NCBI RefSeq assembly: GCF_009914755.1 | Contig: NC_060938.1 | DNA from: the human T2T-CHM13v2.0 reference genome, Homo sapiens | Direction: 5' to 3' (one strand) | Length of the DNA stretch: 64,000 bases | Shown here: piece by piece, positions 38,332 through 61,838 of the stretch | How positions within the stretch are numbered: the first letter of the stretch is position 1 | How the letters are laid out: each line of letters starts with the position of its first letter | Made by a program: the position numbers and the translations under genes | Notes under the pieces: generated by a model | The model's database searches: none | Told to the model about the DNA's origin: nothing | Seen by the model: only the letters and a program-made list of their open reading frames with translations

Positions 38332-38559
38332 TAGGAATACAGGTGTGCACCACCACGCCCAGCTAATTGTTTTAAAAAAGTTTTTTCATAGAGATGGGGT
38401 CTTGCTGTGTTGCCTAAGCCGTACCGACACATATTTAGATGCCTATGCTTTGTTTGTTAATTTTTTTTTTTTTAGAATTAAAATCTCATTTGAAAATATT
38501 TTGTCTCATGATTACTAACAGGTTGGTTCTGGAAGCTCAGGTTCTACATGTAAATGTAC

Positions 38560-41224
<2,665 letters not shown>

Positions 41225-41536
41225 CCTCCTGGGTGTTTTTTACAAAGTTAAATTTATTAAATTTAAAGGGCTGTCTTTGAAATTATGTACTGCTAAAATG
41301 TTCTTTAATTTAGGAGAGGCTGGTTTTTACAGATGGTAACTGCTCCTTCTTTTTAAAGTCCTTCCTTTATGAAAAATACAAACTTGGCAACAGTTTTATT
41401 TTGGAGATTTTACTAGGTTGTGAAATCTAGCATTTTGATGACCATTTATCTCCTCAGTTCCCTAAAGCAGGAAAAATAAGTGACTTCTCAAAGGTTACAG
41501 TGTTAATAAATGGCAGCACCTGTATCTAAATATTTA

Positions 41537-44238
<2,702 letters not shown>

Positions 44239-44475
44239 GAAAGTGTTTTACCTTTCAGCTAACATGCTGGCTTAGGACTCCTTTCTGGGTAGTGTGAGAA
44301 ATACTCCTTGGGAGTTTGGAGATAAGATTTTTGGCAGCTTCCTGATTATTAAGAATTCAGTGTCCAGTTAATTCTTGACTGTGATGCTGCCTCTTTTGAA
44401 TTTGTTTTGTAAGAAGCTGAAAATGTCTCTGAATATATGAGGTGCTGTGAGAGCTAGGGAACTCATAAGGCATAT

Positions 44476-44690
44476 GTATTAGTTTCCTACTGCTGCTGTA
44501 ACAGCTGTAAAAAATCACTAATTGGGTGGCTTAAAACAACACAAATTTATTATCTTACGGTTCTGGAGGTCAGTAATGTGAAATAATTTTCACTGGGCTA
44601 AAATGAAAATGGCAGTAGGGCTGGGGATTTTTAGCATCTCTTAGGGAGAATCTATTTCTTGCCTTTTCCTGCTTCTTAGAGACTGCTTGC
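44476..44690 (-). mobile_element. MLT1 LTR fragment
   Basis: TGTATTAGTTTCCTACTGCTGCTGTAACA...GGTGGCTTAAAACAACACAAATTTATT. Confidence 0.75.
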
Positions 44691-46233
44691 TGTTCAAATG
44701 AAATGGTGCATTTCCCCCAAAGAGGTGATCAATTAACACTGTATAGTCTATTCATGTATTCAATAATTTGAATTTTTTTAAGTGTAGTTAATTATTTAAC
44801 CTATACAGAGTCATTGTATACTATCTCTCCTCATATCTGGGGTTTGGAAATGGTGGTGCAGCAGAACAGAGACACATCCAAGGTCTAAAACATGAAGTGT
44901 GTGGTGTGTGTGTTTGTGTGTGTGTATGTGTGTGTGTATTTTCACAAGTGGAAGTGGGGTGAGCTGGAGGTTATTGAGTCTCAGGCACCACAGAATCACT
45001 GTTGACATTTGTTGTTATTGCAACAAGGAACTCCTTTAGTCAGCATTGAGGGAAGTAGGCTGGCAATCTCTTTAAGTTGTGTACCAGGATAGGAGAGACT
45101 ATCTTGCACTTATAACACCCAAATAATTTTTGGTGTTTCACTCATACAGAGTTTGGCTTAGAGATTAAAGCTCCTTCTATCTTGTGATGCCACCATCGCA
45201 AGGTTCTCAAGGTTGTTGTGGGAGAAGAGAAGGCTAAAGGAGCTCATAGAATGCCTTTAATGGTAAGTCCTGAAATTCGCTTGTATCACATCTGCCCACA
45301 CTACTTTGTCTACAATTCAAGTGACCAAAATATAAATAAGGCTAGGAAATATGATTTTCCTGCACATTTAATAGGAACTGCTATGGTTATAATCCAACTA
45401 GGATGGGGATTTGGAAAGGGATAGAGTAGAAGAGGAAATGATGGTTAGATCTCATCTCTTTTCATTACTCCAGCAAGATTTTTACCCTGCCTTGACAGTA
45501 CCATTTGGCACTTGCTGCTTGGGCTATTGCTGTGGATTTCTGTATTGGTGGGACAGACAATGATTGACCTAAGGCAACATCAGGGACTTAAGAACCATAC
45601 ACATTACACATTTTTCTCTCACCTATTCTTTCAGCATCACCAGTGTCTACCTTTCACCTGAGGTGGCCCCCAACCCTATTTCAAGACAGTTGACACAGAT
45701 TTCTTGAAGTTTTTGGTTGGTTCCTCAGGTCAATGATTTCTTTCTTTTCTTTTTTTTTTTTTTTTTTTTTAGTAGTTCCAGGTGGATTTTGGGGAAGAGA
45801 ACTGACAGCCTTTTGCAGTTCATTGTCTTAAGGGGAACTGGACACCTTCCTGACTTCTGATTAAAACATTTTTAGGACAAAAACTCCAACCTTACCTTAC
45901 CTAAAAAACCGTTTAGTTTCTTGTCCTCGTAAATAGAACAAACAGTTTATTGCTAGGGTCTAGGGATGATGGTAGTGACATGATGGCACCATGACCCAGA
46001 GAATAGCAGAAAACTTTGTATTGGGTTACCTATGAAATGTAGTTCTTTCTTTAGGAAGCAAATTATCTTTCTTTCAACCACTGATACTATCTTTATCTTC
46101 TCTCTTCAGGTTGGGTTAAAGGTCTGAAACAATAATTAAAAAATCAACTTATCAAAAATACTTTGCTTCACATTTTTCGTGTGTAATTAGTGTTGCAAGG
46201 CACCCAAAAGAAGAAATACTGAAAACAATTTGT

Positions 46234-46870
46234 GGCCAGGCACAGTGGCTCATACTTGTAATCCCAGCACTTTGGGAGGACAAGGCGGGAGAATTGCTTG
46301 AGGCCAGGAGTTTGAGACCAGCCTTGTCAGCATAGTGAGACCCTGTCTCTAAATAAATGAATAGATTTGATTTGGTAAAATAAGTATCCTGACCAATAAA
46401 GAAAAGTTAATAGATTGAAAATGGTAAAGTTTCTAAAATAAGTCAACAATTTCATCAAACATCTTTACTGTATATAGCTTATTTAAACATATATATACTT
46501 TTCTAGGTATTGTGCAAAACAGGCACTAGAGACATGAATGAGTGCATTGTTAAATTTATAAATATTATTAAAAGATTAATTTGTGTGTGTATGTGTTTGA
46601 GACGGGGTCTCACTCTGTTGCCCAGGCTAGACTGCAGTGGTGTGATCTCAGCTCACTGTAACCTCCTCCCTGGCTCAAGTGATCTCTTACTGCAGCCCCC
46701 AAGTAGCTGGGACTACATGCGTGTGCTACCACACCCAGCTAGTATTTTTTGTAGAGACGAGATTTTGCCATATTGCTTATGCTGGTCTCAAACTCCTGGA
46801 TTCAAGTGATCTATCTGCCTTTGGCCTCCTAGAGTGCTGGGATTACAGGTGTGAGCCACTGCACCCAGCC
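46234..46870. mobile_element. FLAM (+, 46234-46355) and AluJ (-, about 46590-46870)
   Basis: Alu consensus similarity. Confidence 0.85.
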
Positions 46871-47254
46871 AAGCCCATTATTCATTTTTGCCACTAAGAC
46901 TAAACTAACCAAAAAACAAAACAAAACCCAAAAAGCCCATTGGTTATATGAATTAACATTACAGAGTAGCAGACCAATTAACATTATTAAATTAAGTCAA
47001 CAACATGAAGAGATATATACTTAAATTCCATATTGAGTTTATGCAGCGATGTAGAAATAAAACTATTAGGAGGAAAAATCTGTTACGGTCACTACTGATT
47101 ATATACCTCTTTATGCTGGTGATTGATTTTAGGGGCTTTTATTAAATTAAATTTACATACTTTTTGTCATGATTCAAAAATGGGGTTTGACTCAAAGTTT
47201 AGTTACATTAAGGATTAAAATATTTTTACATTAAAACTATATATGTTACAAAAA

Positions 47255-47640
47255 GACTGCATGGTCTCATTTATATGTAGAATCTAAAAAAGTTGGATTT
47301 AGAAATAGGAAGATGATGGTTATCAGGGGCTAAAGGTTGGGGATGGGAGTGATTGGGGAGATGTTGGTCAAAGGAGACAAAATTTCGGTTTGACAGGAGG
47401 AATAAGTTCAAGAGAGCTATTGTAAAACATGGTGACTACAGTTAATAACAATGTATTATATTCTTAAAAATTGCTAAGAGAGTAGATTTTGTGTTTTCAC
47501 CACAAAAAAGACATGTGAGATAATGCATATGTTAATTAGCTTGATGCACCCATTCCACAATGTATATTTCAAAACAACATGTTGTGCATAAATATGTACA
47601 ATTGTGACTTGTCAAGATACATAAATATGCATTTAAAAAT
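47255..47640 (+). mobile_element. L1MA 3' end
   Basis: GGAGATGTTGGTCAAAGG..GACAGGAGGAATAAGTTCAAGAG..CATGGTGACTACAGTTAAT. Confidence 0.85.
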
Positions 47641-48197
47641 CATTATTAAGAGGTGAATTTTGATAATCTTAAACCTGCTCTAACAGGACTAAAAATTTTC
47701 ACCGAATTTTTAAGAAATAAAAAAAGTTTTGCTATGTTATTTATTAATAGGAAAAGGTCAACAAAGTGTTGAGAAACGCTGCTTCTGCTTTTGTATATGT
47801 CTCTAGCTGTTTGTTATTGTGACCAGTGGAACTTTGAAGAGAGTTTTACAGTGATGCTTGCAGGGTGTTGCTCCATATCTCTATCTTGTGGAGTAGCTTT
47901 GTATATTTTATCATCTTCCTTAAAGGGACAGCGTGAATACTAAGTTTTTCCTTGGAGAAATCAGCTGCCACTTTTCTTTTTCCTATGGGAAAATTTTATA
48001 AGATGTTGAAGAAATCCCAAGTATTCATAAATATTACTTATCAAATGAGAAATTTTGGTCAGAATCTTGGTTAGGAAAAATGTGGGTAATTACATGTTAT
48101 AGATGAAAAGCTGGGTTTTCTAAAAGTCAGTTTTGTTAGGTTTACTGCAAAATTAATAAAAAGGACTGATATATAAGCTTTGCAAAGTGAGTCTATT

Positions 48198-48216
48198 TCT
48201 CCAGTAGGTGGCGCTG
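48198..48216 (+). promoter_or_regulatory. Predicted CTCF site
   Basis: CCAGTAGGTGGCGCT (48201-48215) matches the core CCASYAGRKGGCRS; CpG kept in unique AT-rich DNA. Confidence 0.6.
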
Positions 48217-48517
48217 TATACTAATGATATTGTGCTACTGCATGGCAAACAAGGGAATGCAGCCGATGAGATAATAATATTAAACTTAAGTAAACCAATA
48301 TGTAGTACAATTCAATATTTTACCTATTCATTATGTAACTAGAGGCAAAATATAATTTTATTCCATATATCTCTATCTATCTATCTATATGTTATTTTCC
48401 GGTTATCTGTGGAGAATGTGTACAGTTGATTGGTGGAGTTAGTGAGTTTTTATTGGTCTGTCCTTACACTTTGAGTCAGTACTCTAATGACCAAGAAAAT
48501 GTAAAAGATTTTATTAG

Positions 48518-49535
48518 TATTATTATTATTATTTTTGAGACAAGGTCTTGCTGTATCGCCCAGGCTGGAGTGCAGTGGTGTGATCACTGCAGCCTCAAAC
48601 TCCTGGTTTCAAGCGATCCTCCCACCTTAGCCTCTGGAGTAATTAGGACTACAGGCACTCACCACCATGCCCAGCTAATGTTTTTATTTTTCATAGAGAT
48701 GGATTCTCCCTGTGTTTCCCAGGCTGGTCTCAAACTCCTGGCCTCAAGCAGGACTCCTGCTTTGGCCTTCCAAAGTGCTGGGATTACAGGCATGAGCCAC
48801 TGTGCCCAGCTAATATTTTCAATATACAGTTGAAATTATTTTAAATGGCTTGCACTCAATGATTTGCCAAAATAATGGAAGTTCTGCATTCCCACTGATA
48901 TTAACATACTGACTGATTTCTATGGTGTGCTTGATACTAAGGCTAATAGATGAATGTCTTGTAGATACTTCTGCATTTACCAGTTGATTTCTCTACTTAA
49001 AAAGTAGTATCAGGTGTGTTTGTTCTCAAACCTGTTTATGCTAATTGTATCTGTGATCATAATTATATAATTATATTAAAGTAAGCTAATGGAAATTTCA
49101 TTATAAAAAGCATTCTCTCTAGGAAAACTAAGATGAATGTTTTGGAACAATCAGTAAAGGTTAATCACTAAAAAAAAATTACTATCAAAGAGGTGTGAGA
49201 AAACTGAATAAAAGCCCTACAGGCCGGGAGTAGTGGCTCGCACCTGTTATCCTAGCACTTTAGGAGGCTGAGGTGGGAGCCTCGTTTGAGGCCAGGAGTT
49301 AAAGAACAGCCTGGGCAACATAGGGAGATCGTATCTCTACAAAAAATTTTACAAAAGTAGCCGGATATGGTGGTATGTGCCTGTAGTCTAAGCTACTCAG
49401 GAGGCTGAGGTGGGAGGATCACTTGAGCCCAGGAATTTGAGGCTGCAGTGAGCTATGACCACACCACTGCACTCCAGCCTGGATGACAGAGCCAAACACT
49501 GTCTCTAAAAAAAATTAAAATAAAAAATAAAAAAT
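48518..49535. mobile_element. AluJ (-, 48518-48810) and AluJ (+, 49222-49535)
   Basis: Alu consensus similarity. Confidence 0.88.
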
Positions 49536-50796
49536 ATTTTATTATTGTTTGGCATATAAATCATGCTTGACTTCTGCAGTGTACCTAATGTATACTGTTT
49601 TATAGTATACAATGTTATAAAGACACACTGTGAATACAAGTAATACCTAGAAAATAGAAGTTATAAAAGAAGTTACTAATTGAAGAATTATCACTCAGCT
49701 AATAAATTTTATACATCAGGGTTTATAAGGAGTTTTGGTTAAGGTATAGATCAGCTTAACTGTTTTCTTCACAGTGTACTCTCTGTCCCTTATTAGTATC
49801 TTGCTACACATGTTCAGTCATCTTTTTATAATTTGTCTCACATTTTTTCTCAATATTTTATATAAAAGGAGAAACATACTAGTATTCCAATGATCACCAG
49901 GACTTGAGCCATCCAATGGGAAAATGGAAATTGCAACTATATCTCTTCACAAGTCTTCTAATGTCATCTTACCCTTCTGACTATTCTTTTCCTCTTCTGT
50001 CAACACATACTTGTACCTTTTAATATCCTCTTACCATTTTGACTATTATTTGTTCTTCTCTTTCAGCAATACTTGTACCTTTTTATAGTATTGATGGAGG
50101 CATTTACTTGCATGTGTCACTTTTCTAAGACCAAATTCACTTTTTTTCCTCAATTTTTCATAAGTATCATGTCAGTTGGGGCCTTTAAATCAGCCTGCCA
50201 ACATATTTTCTAATTCTGGAGATCAAGCAAATTTGATTTTCATTTACTTCTTTTAATGAACCTGCAATCCCATTGCTATATCATGCTGCCAAGGCAGAAA
50301 GATTAAAATCTGGCCACTCTAAAATTCCCAGATTATACAGTGATTAAACTATTCAGTAGTCATCCTAAGTGAGTATATAAGTCTTCTCCAGTGTAGCTGA
50401 GGTGTATACTGTTTCATCAGCTTAGTGAGGCATCCACTCCATGCATGTATGGCTTCATCTTTTTAAATTGATGCCAGTCTTGACCAGTCTTTTGGAAGAG
50501 AGCACCCTCTAGTGTCACTATTTGGGGTAACACGTGTATTTTATTGTGATGAAATGCTACTGAAAACACCATTTGGGCTTGATTCAGTAATTCAATACTC
50601 CCTAAAATTTCCAGTCATTCTTTGATTGTTGGGGCCAGTGTTTGTAATACAGACACTACAAAGGTTAGGTTAACATCAGGTACTTGTGGCCTGAGTGCAA
50701 TTTAAATATAAATTGGCCCCAAGAAGAAGTCAGTTGGCTGTATTTAACTTTCATATTTTTTCAGAAACCTTTAACTTTTTCAAAAAGTTTATTCTA

Positions 50797-52058
<1,262 letters not shown>

Positions 52059-52196
52059 CAAACCTTTAATTTAATTCCTGACAGTTGCTTTTGTTAAAGT
52101 GTTAGCAAAGCCTAAAATATAGTAGGCTTCCATTCTAGTTACTACTCATTTATTGGTCCCTGCAGTACTGATAGAGGTCTAATGTGGTCCACTTAG

Positions 52197-52513
<317 letters not shown>

Positions 52514-53009
52514 AGCTGAATTCTTAAAGCCTATGTTCCCAAACTTTTTTTCATGATGCCCTTAGTGTCTTAATATTTTTATGCTGCTTCTGAGCTATTG
52601 TTCTCTCTTGTTCCATACTGATTTTTGCATGCTACTTGCTTTTTATCCCAGTAAGTGCTGTAAATCCAGATTTGTAAAGATATGAATTCATTGAATACAA
52701 TGTAGTGAGATCTAATGATCCAACAGTGAACCTTCTTGAACTAGTAGTTCACATAGTGTTCAACAGATGTCATTGCTTCTCTTGAAAATTTAAAATATTT
52801 AATCCCTCTGTGTTTGCTGCAGTGTTAGGGAATCCTTGACATACAGGTCAAGAACCATAGGTTTGAGCCCATCTTCAAGGAATTACTATTGACTTTGTAT
52901 GGGTGTGTGGTATAGTTAGACTCTAATTCTTATAATAATAGTCCTCTAACTGTTAGAGGACTATTTATTAATCACAGGTAGGATTCATTCTTGTTTGTGT
53001 GTATGTGTA

Positions 53010-55020
<2,011 letters not shown>

Positions 55021-56090
55021 TTTTTAAAAAAAGTTTTATTGTTGTTGTTTGTAGAGGCTGGGTCTTGTGTTGCTCAGGCTGGTCTTCAACTCCTGACCTT
55101 AAATGATCATGCCACCTTGAAGTTTTGATCTTAAGTAGTTAACTTTTGCACCCAACTTGGTGGGTGGTTTGTGTCTGGCTAAGACACTGTGCAGGTGCTC
55201 AGAGATATGTGATTGCTGTTTAAGGAAGGAGAGAATCTGTGTAGTTGAACTCTAACCCTTGAGCCAGTTTGGTCTCCATATTCTCGTGGACTGCTTGGTT
55301 AAGTCCTGCTCACTGACTGTTATGGTTTGTTTTGGTATGTGAACATTTCCCTTTCTTCGTTTTGAGCTTGTTTTTTTTGAAATTTTGAAATTTTTTTCTT
55401 CTCTTAGACACAGAGTCTCAGTCTATTACCCAGGCTGGAGTACAATAGCGCGATCATAGCTCATTGTAACCTTGAACTCTTGGACTCAAGTGATCCTCCT
55501 TCCTTGGTCGCCAAAGCAGCTGAGAGTTACAGGCAAACACTATCTTCTCCCTTCTGTGAAATAATTATTCAATGAATTTTACAAGAAAGTAAATGCTGTA
55601 TATTCTCTTTTATTTTGCAATACATGTTTTAACTGTTTGTTATAAACGATTGCAAACATACACAAAAATAGAGAAATAGAATCACAATGCCTATGTATGT
55701 ATTACCCAAGTTTGACAGTTATCCTTCATGGTTTGTGTTAGTTAATCTTGTTTCATATATATCCCATATTCTACCTGTCCTGTGAATCCTGCTCTTTTCC
55801 CCCCAGCTCCCATTCTCACCCCAGGATAATACTTATTAGTGAAACAAACTTCCCTCAGGAGGCATATAATGTTTGTCTTTTTGTAATAGTTTTAATAGTT
55901 ATGACAGGATAAATATTCAGTTTTGGTTTCCCTTCATTTTATTTGAATTTGAGAGAAGATTTTCTTAACTAATTAATAATATAAAATGTCAGGTTAGTCA
56001 TACAGCCATTTTGCAGGTAGTAATCATGATTATGTTATATAAATCACCACATCATAGAGATGAAACTTTCTTGAAAGAAGTGCTATTCAG

Positions 56091-56766
56091 GGCCGGGTGC
56101 AGTGGCTCACGCCTGTAATCCCAACACTTCGGAAGGTGGACTCTGGTGATCGCTTGAGCCTAGGAGTTCAAGACCAGTCTGGGCAACACGGTGAAACCCC
56201 ACTTCTACAAAAAAAAAAAAAAAAAATTAGATGGGTGTGACGGCTCATACCAGTGGTGCAGCTACTCAGGAGGCCAAGGCAGGGGTATTGCTTGAGCATG
56301 GGAGCTGGAGGTTGCAGTGAGCCAAGATCACATCACTGCTCTGCAGCCTGGGCAACAGAATGAGACCCAGTCTCAAAAAAAAAGTAATATATATATTTAT
56401 TTTTTAATGAAAAATGAAAAGTCATCAGTGTCTTTTGGGAAGTCTTTCAAAAGTAGCATACATTGCTTAATTTTTTTTTTTTTTTTTTTGAGATGGAGTC
56501 TGACTCTGTTGCCCAGGCTGGAGTGCAGTGGCGCTCGGCTCACTGCAAACTCTGCCTCCCAGGTTCACACCTTTCTCCTGCCTCAGCCTCCTGAGCAGCT
56601 GGGACTACAGGTGCCCACCACCATGCCCAGCTAATTTTTTGTATTTTTAGTAGAGACGGAGTTTCACCATGTTAGCCAGGATGGTCTCGATCTCCTGACC
56701 TTGTGATCCACCCACCTCAGCCTCCCAAAGTGCTGGGATTACAGGCGTGAGCCACCGCGCCTGGCC
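56091..56766. mobile_element. AluJ (+, 56091-56385) and AluY (-, 56471-56766), tail to tail
   Basis: Alu consensus similarity; AluY TSD TGCTTAATTT. Confidence 0.9.
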
Positions 56767-58319
56767 TGCTTAATTTACTTAATACTTGGACAGAAACACT
56801 GTGCAACTGTATTAGTATTAATTTTATAGATAATATTTTTAGCTCAGTTGATTTGTCATTTTGAGATAGCTTTTAAAAAAATGTGTCTTCAGAAACAAAT
56901 TTGTAGTTGAACATATATTTCTGGATCCTAAGAAACTATAATGTGGTAAAAAAAAGAGTACAACACTTACATAAAATTTATAGTTGAAATTATAATTTTA
57001 AGTTGCAGGAAGAATAAAACTAATTGTTTCTTCAAGGAAATTTGTATGTATAGTTCAGCTTGTTTTATTTTTTCTTTTCATAATGCATTTTTATCCCATG
57101 TTATGGAACATCTGTTTTGGGATCATATTTTTACTACATGCTTTTCATTAATGAAAACATTTATTAAGAATGACTCAAGAAATTAAATCAGCTTTTGTAG
57201 TTTCTCAGAAAAATTAATGGAGGAGGCTGTGACATTCTTGATAATGAACAAGAAATTGGAACTATAAGTCTAATTTATTTTACTATCTTTAAAATCTTCA
57301 CTTCTAGTAATTGTATTCTATAACCTGTAAGCTGACTTTAATATTACAGTTTTTAAAAATGAAGTACGTAGGTTGCATGCAGCACTGTCCTTTGGGATTG
57401 ATTACTACAGTAATTTTAGCAAATTACATAGATAAATATTGTATTTTTTGGTGTTTCTTTGAGACATGTCTTACTCTGTCGCCCAGGCTGGAGTGTAGTG
57501 TGCAATTATGGCTCAATTATAAAATTGTCATTACATGTTTAAAACTCAAAGTATGGCTTGTTATTAGGATATATTTATTCTTCCGTATATGCCTCTGTTT
57601 GTTAAGGTCTTCTTTGTTAGTATTTATTGTTAAACTACAGAAAATATGGAAAATCGCTAAATGGTTTTTGTTCAATTTGAGAAAAATCTGTTAGTAAGCA
57701 TTATAATATATGATGAATTAAAGACCTAAATGATTATTTTTAACTTTATTTTTGAAAGACATTTTCTGATAGCTATTCTTTTGTTTGATTTCAAGTGGCT
57801 ACTTATCACAGTTGTCATTATAGATAAATTTAGCTTACTCTAATACATTTTCAGCTTTGATTTGCCAGGAACTTCAGGTGGCTGTATGGAAATGTAAACC
57901 TTTGTATGAAGGAGTGTATCAGTGCGTCAGAACTTGGCACCCACAAGGATCTTAAGAAAACAGGCTATTTGTTCCTTGGAGAAACTATTCTGTAAGATGA
58001 CTTTGTTTTTATATTCTGCTCTGTGCTAGATTAAGTGATTTAGTTTAGTTTTGCTTAGGGCAAAACGTTTCAGGATATTTTAGAAAATCCTGGTATGCGA
58101 TTACCTTCTGAAAATAATACTAGTTTTACAATTTTGCTTTTTATCAGTAGGCTTTGCAGTGCCATATTCATTCTCAAAGTGTCATTTGCAGCTGGCACTA
58201 AAGACTACTGCAGTATTCAAAATAGTGTATTGTCTTACCCTCCAAATTTTGAAAATGTGGAAGCCATATATTTGAAGCACCAAGTATTAATTTCCTCTTA
58301 ATTTGATGTCCTTTTATGG

Positions 58320-59075
<756 letters not shown>

Positions 59076-59569
59076 TCATGGTAATTTTTTGAACACTGAA
59101 GCATAAAGGGGAACTATCTGTGATAGACATAAAATGTAATAATACAAAACAATTTATTTTCATTATAAATTTTTTAAACTTTAGAACCCTGAATTTAGAC
59201 TCCTGAATTCTGAGACAATTGTAAATAGTCCCTAACTGAACTAAGAAATGTGATTTTTAGAAACATTTGTTTAATTCTCAGAAACTCTTTCTTACATTTT
59301 GAACTTCTCTATTCCAAGACATTCTTGCCATATGTATTAGTTTATTTTGAACTTTTTAGTCTAGTTAATCCAAGCAAACACGCCAGCAAGCAAGCAGTCA
59401 ATCATAACAAAGTATAATTATAAAAGATTAATTAGGCAATAATAGTTTTTTCAAAGTTTCAAGGGTGTCATGAAGATCACTGTCTTTCTATTCATTTTGG
59501 GCCTCTCGGTGGTAATGTAATGTCCTTCAAGGTTTCCTATTAAATTCCATATTATTTGTAAATATTTAA

Positions 59570-60610
59570 TTATTAAATTAGAAGTAATACATGCACCCAA
59601 TTAAAAAACCAAATTATACCTATAAATATAAAATGAAATATAAATGTTTCTTTCCCTCATTCTCTCTGTCTCCCCACCCCAACTCATAGGCCCTTTCTTC
59701 AGACTAACCACTGGTAATAGTTTCTTATGTATACTTCTGTAAAAAAATAATGTGCCTATTCAAGCATGTATATATATGTGAGTATAATTTTTCTGTTTTT
59801 AATTTATCCATACTTTGTGCCTGTATTGTTTTGACCGAGGATATATTTGTATAGGAAATCTATTTGTCTTATTCACCATTTTATATCTAACTCCTATAAT
59901 ATTGTCTGGCTCATAGTATACACATAGTATATATAGATCTCTTGCATTTATGATATAAACCATATAGGTTTTCCATATGGTTGAGCCACATTTTATTTAT
60001 ACCAGTTCTCTATTGACGGACATTTATGTTAGTTCTAGTTTCTTGCTAGTCATGTCCCTCCACCTGTCCATCCACCTGTCTGTTCATCAAATGTTTACTG
60101 AGTCCATATTTTATGCCAGATACTCTTCTAAGGATAGAGAGATGGGGGAGAAAAATCAAGGGCCCTGTTTACATGTAAGTTACTGAGATATATCAAAAAC
60201 AATGAAATAAAATCTAAACAGATCAGTTTCATGAAGGCAGTAGTGCAGGTAATGTGATGAGAAAAGAGTTTCTACTTTAGATGGGATGGCCAGGCAAAAC
60301 CTTTATTAAGAGATGACTTTTGAGCAAGGCGTGCATAATGAGAGAAATGGCTTAGAGATCTAGAAGAGAGAATTCTAGGCATAGAGTATAATAGCAAGAT
60401 AAAAGCTCTGAGGCAAGAATAAGCTTGGTGTGTTCGAAGAACAGAAAGAAGACCAGCATGACTGGAGCATAAGTATTTGTTCTTACAAATAAAAACTGCT
60501 GTAATGAATATCTTTGTACATAAAAATATCTTACATATTTTTGTAAATATTTTTAGTAATGGAACTGTGGGGTCAAATAATTTAAATATATGCCTTTTAA
60601 ATTTGTATAG
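59570..60610 (-). mobile_element. L1ME fragments with an antisense L2 (about 60080-60470)
   Basis: TTCATCAAATGTTTACTGAG..TATGCCAGATACT is an L2 3' end in reverse. Confidence 0.6.
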
Positions 60611-61511
60611 CTGTGGTACAGGGCCACTATTATCCCTTATCCTTTCTTCCTGAACCTCTTCTTGCTTTTCATAGCTCTGAGGAACTTGAGTTATCTGGAG
60701 CTTGGTAAGCAGTAGGCACACTGGGTGAAAGAGATTCTTTTGGGAAGAGAACGTGTCAGGGGCTATAAATGTTTGAGTCTTTTGTATAATAAGATGAAAA
60801 TCCAATAGTAAGACATGTGCTTATATTGTGTTGTGTGATAAAATATTTGGCTCTCTGAAATAGCGTGCTTTCCTTTTTATGAAACTATTTTAATGCAGAA
60901 ATTATCAACATTTCTCAAGCTAGAAAATACAAAATTCAGAGTTTTTCTAAAATTACAGTTGGATAAAATGAAGTATTGTAAATGATCTCTAGTTTGATAC
61001 TTGGATTCAATTTACACAAATTTGTGATTAAGCTAAGAAAATATGAAAAATATGGCATAAACCAAAGTCAGCTGAAAACGTTTGCTAAAGTGTGGCTTTT
61101 GTGGAGGAAGGTAGGAAGAGCATCTCCTATTTAAAATGTTTTTTAAAATCCTGGATACTGTTACATTGGGGAATGAAATCCCATTTTTAAATGCTTCTCT
61201 GTCAAAAAGGCATTATTTAATTTTAAAGGGTAAATGTCAGAATTACTTACAATTTTTTAGGCAGATTAGAAATTTCAGACTGGTCAAAGAACAAATTTTG
61301 TTTCATGAAGTGTTTTAATGCTGAGTAAATAGGAGAGTCAAGTCACATTTGAGAGCATAGGGATATTTGTTTAAATTTTTTCAACCTTCTTTTTTTTGGT
61401 GAGTGCATGTAGGAAACTTTATCAGATATATTGAGATTCCTATGTACCTAGAGAGAGAGAAGGGTGTGCAGTTTGCTTAATTATTATTTATTTTTCTTTT
61501 CTTCCATGTAA

Positions 61512-61838
<327 letters not shown>

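Noticed and set aside
45735-45775. Isolated poly-T as the tail of a processed pseudogene (also poly-A at 14818-14838)
   Set aside because: No TSD, poly(A) signal or recognisable body; treated as simple repeats
49020-49215. Possible Tigger15-like transposase remnant
   Set aside because: Similarity too degenerate to call by eye; needs a Dfam search
60272-60805. 177-aa minus-strand ORF
   Set aside because: Spans L2 and L1ME remnants, starts at a non-ATG codon and has no recognisable protein features
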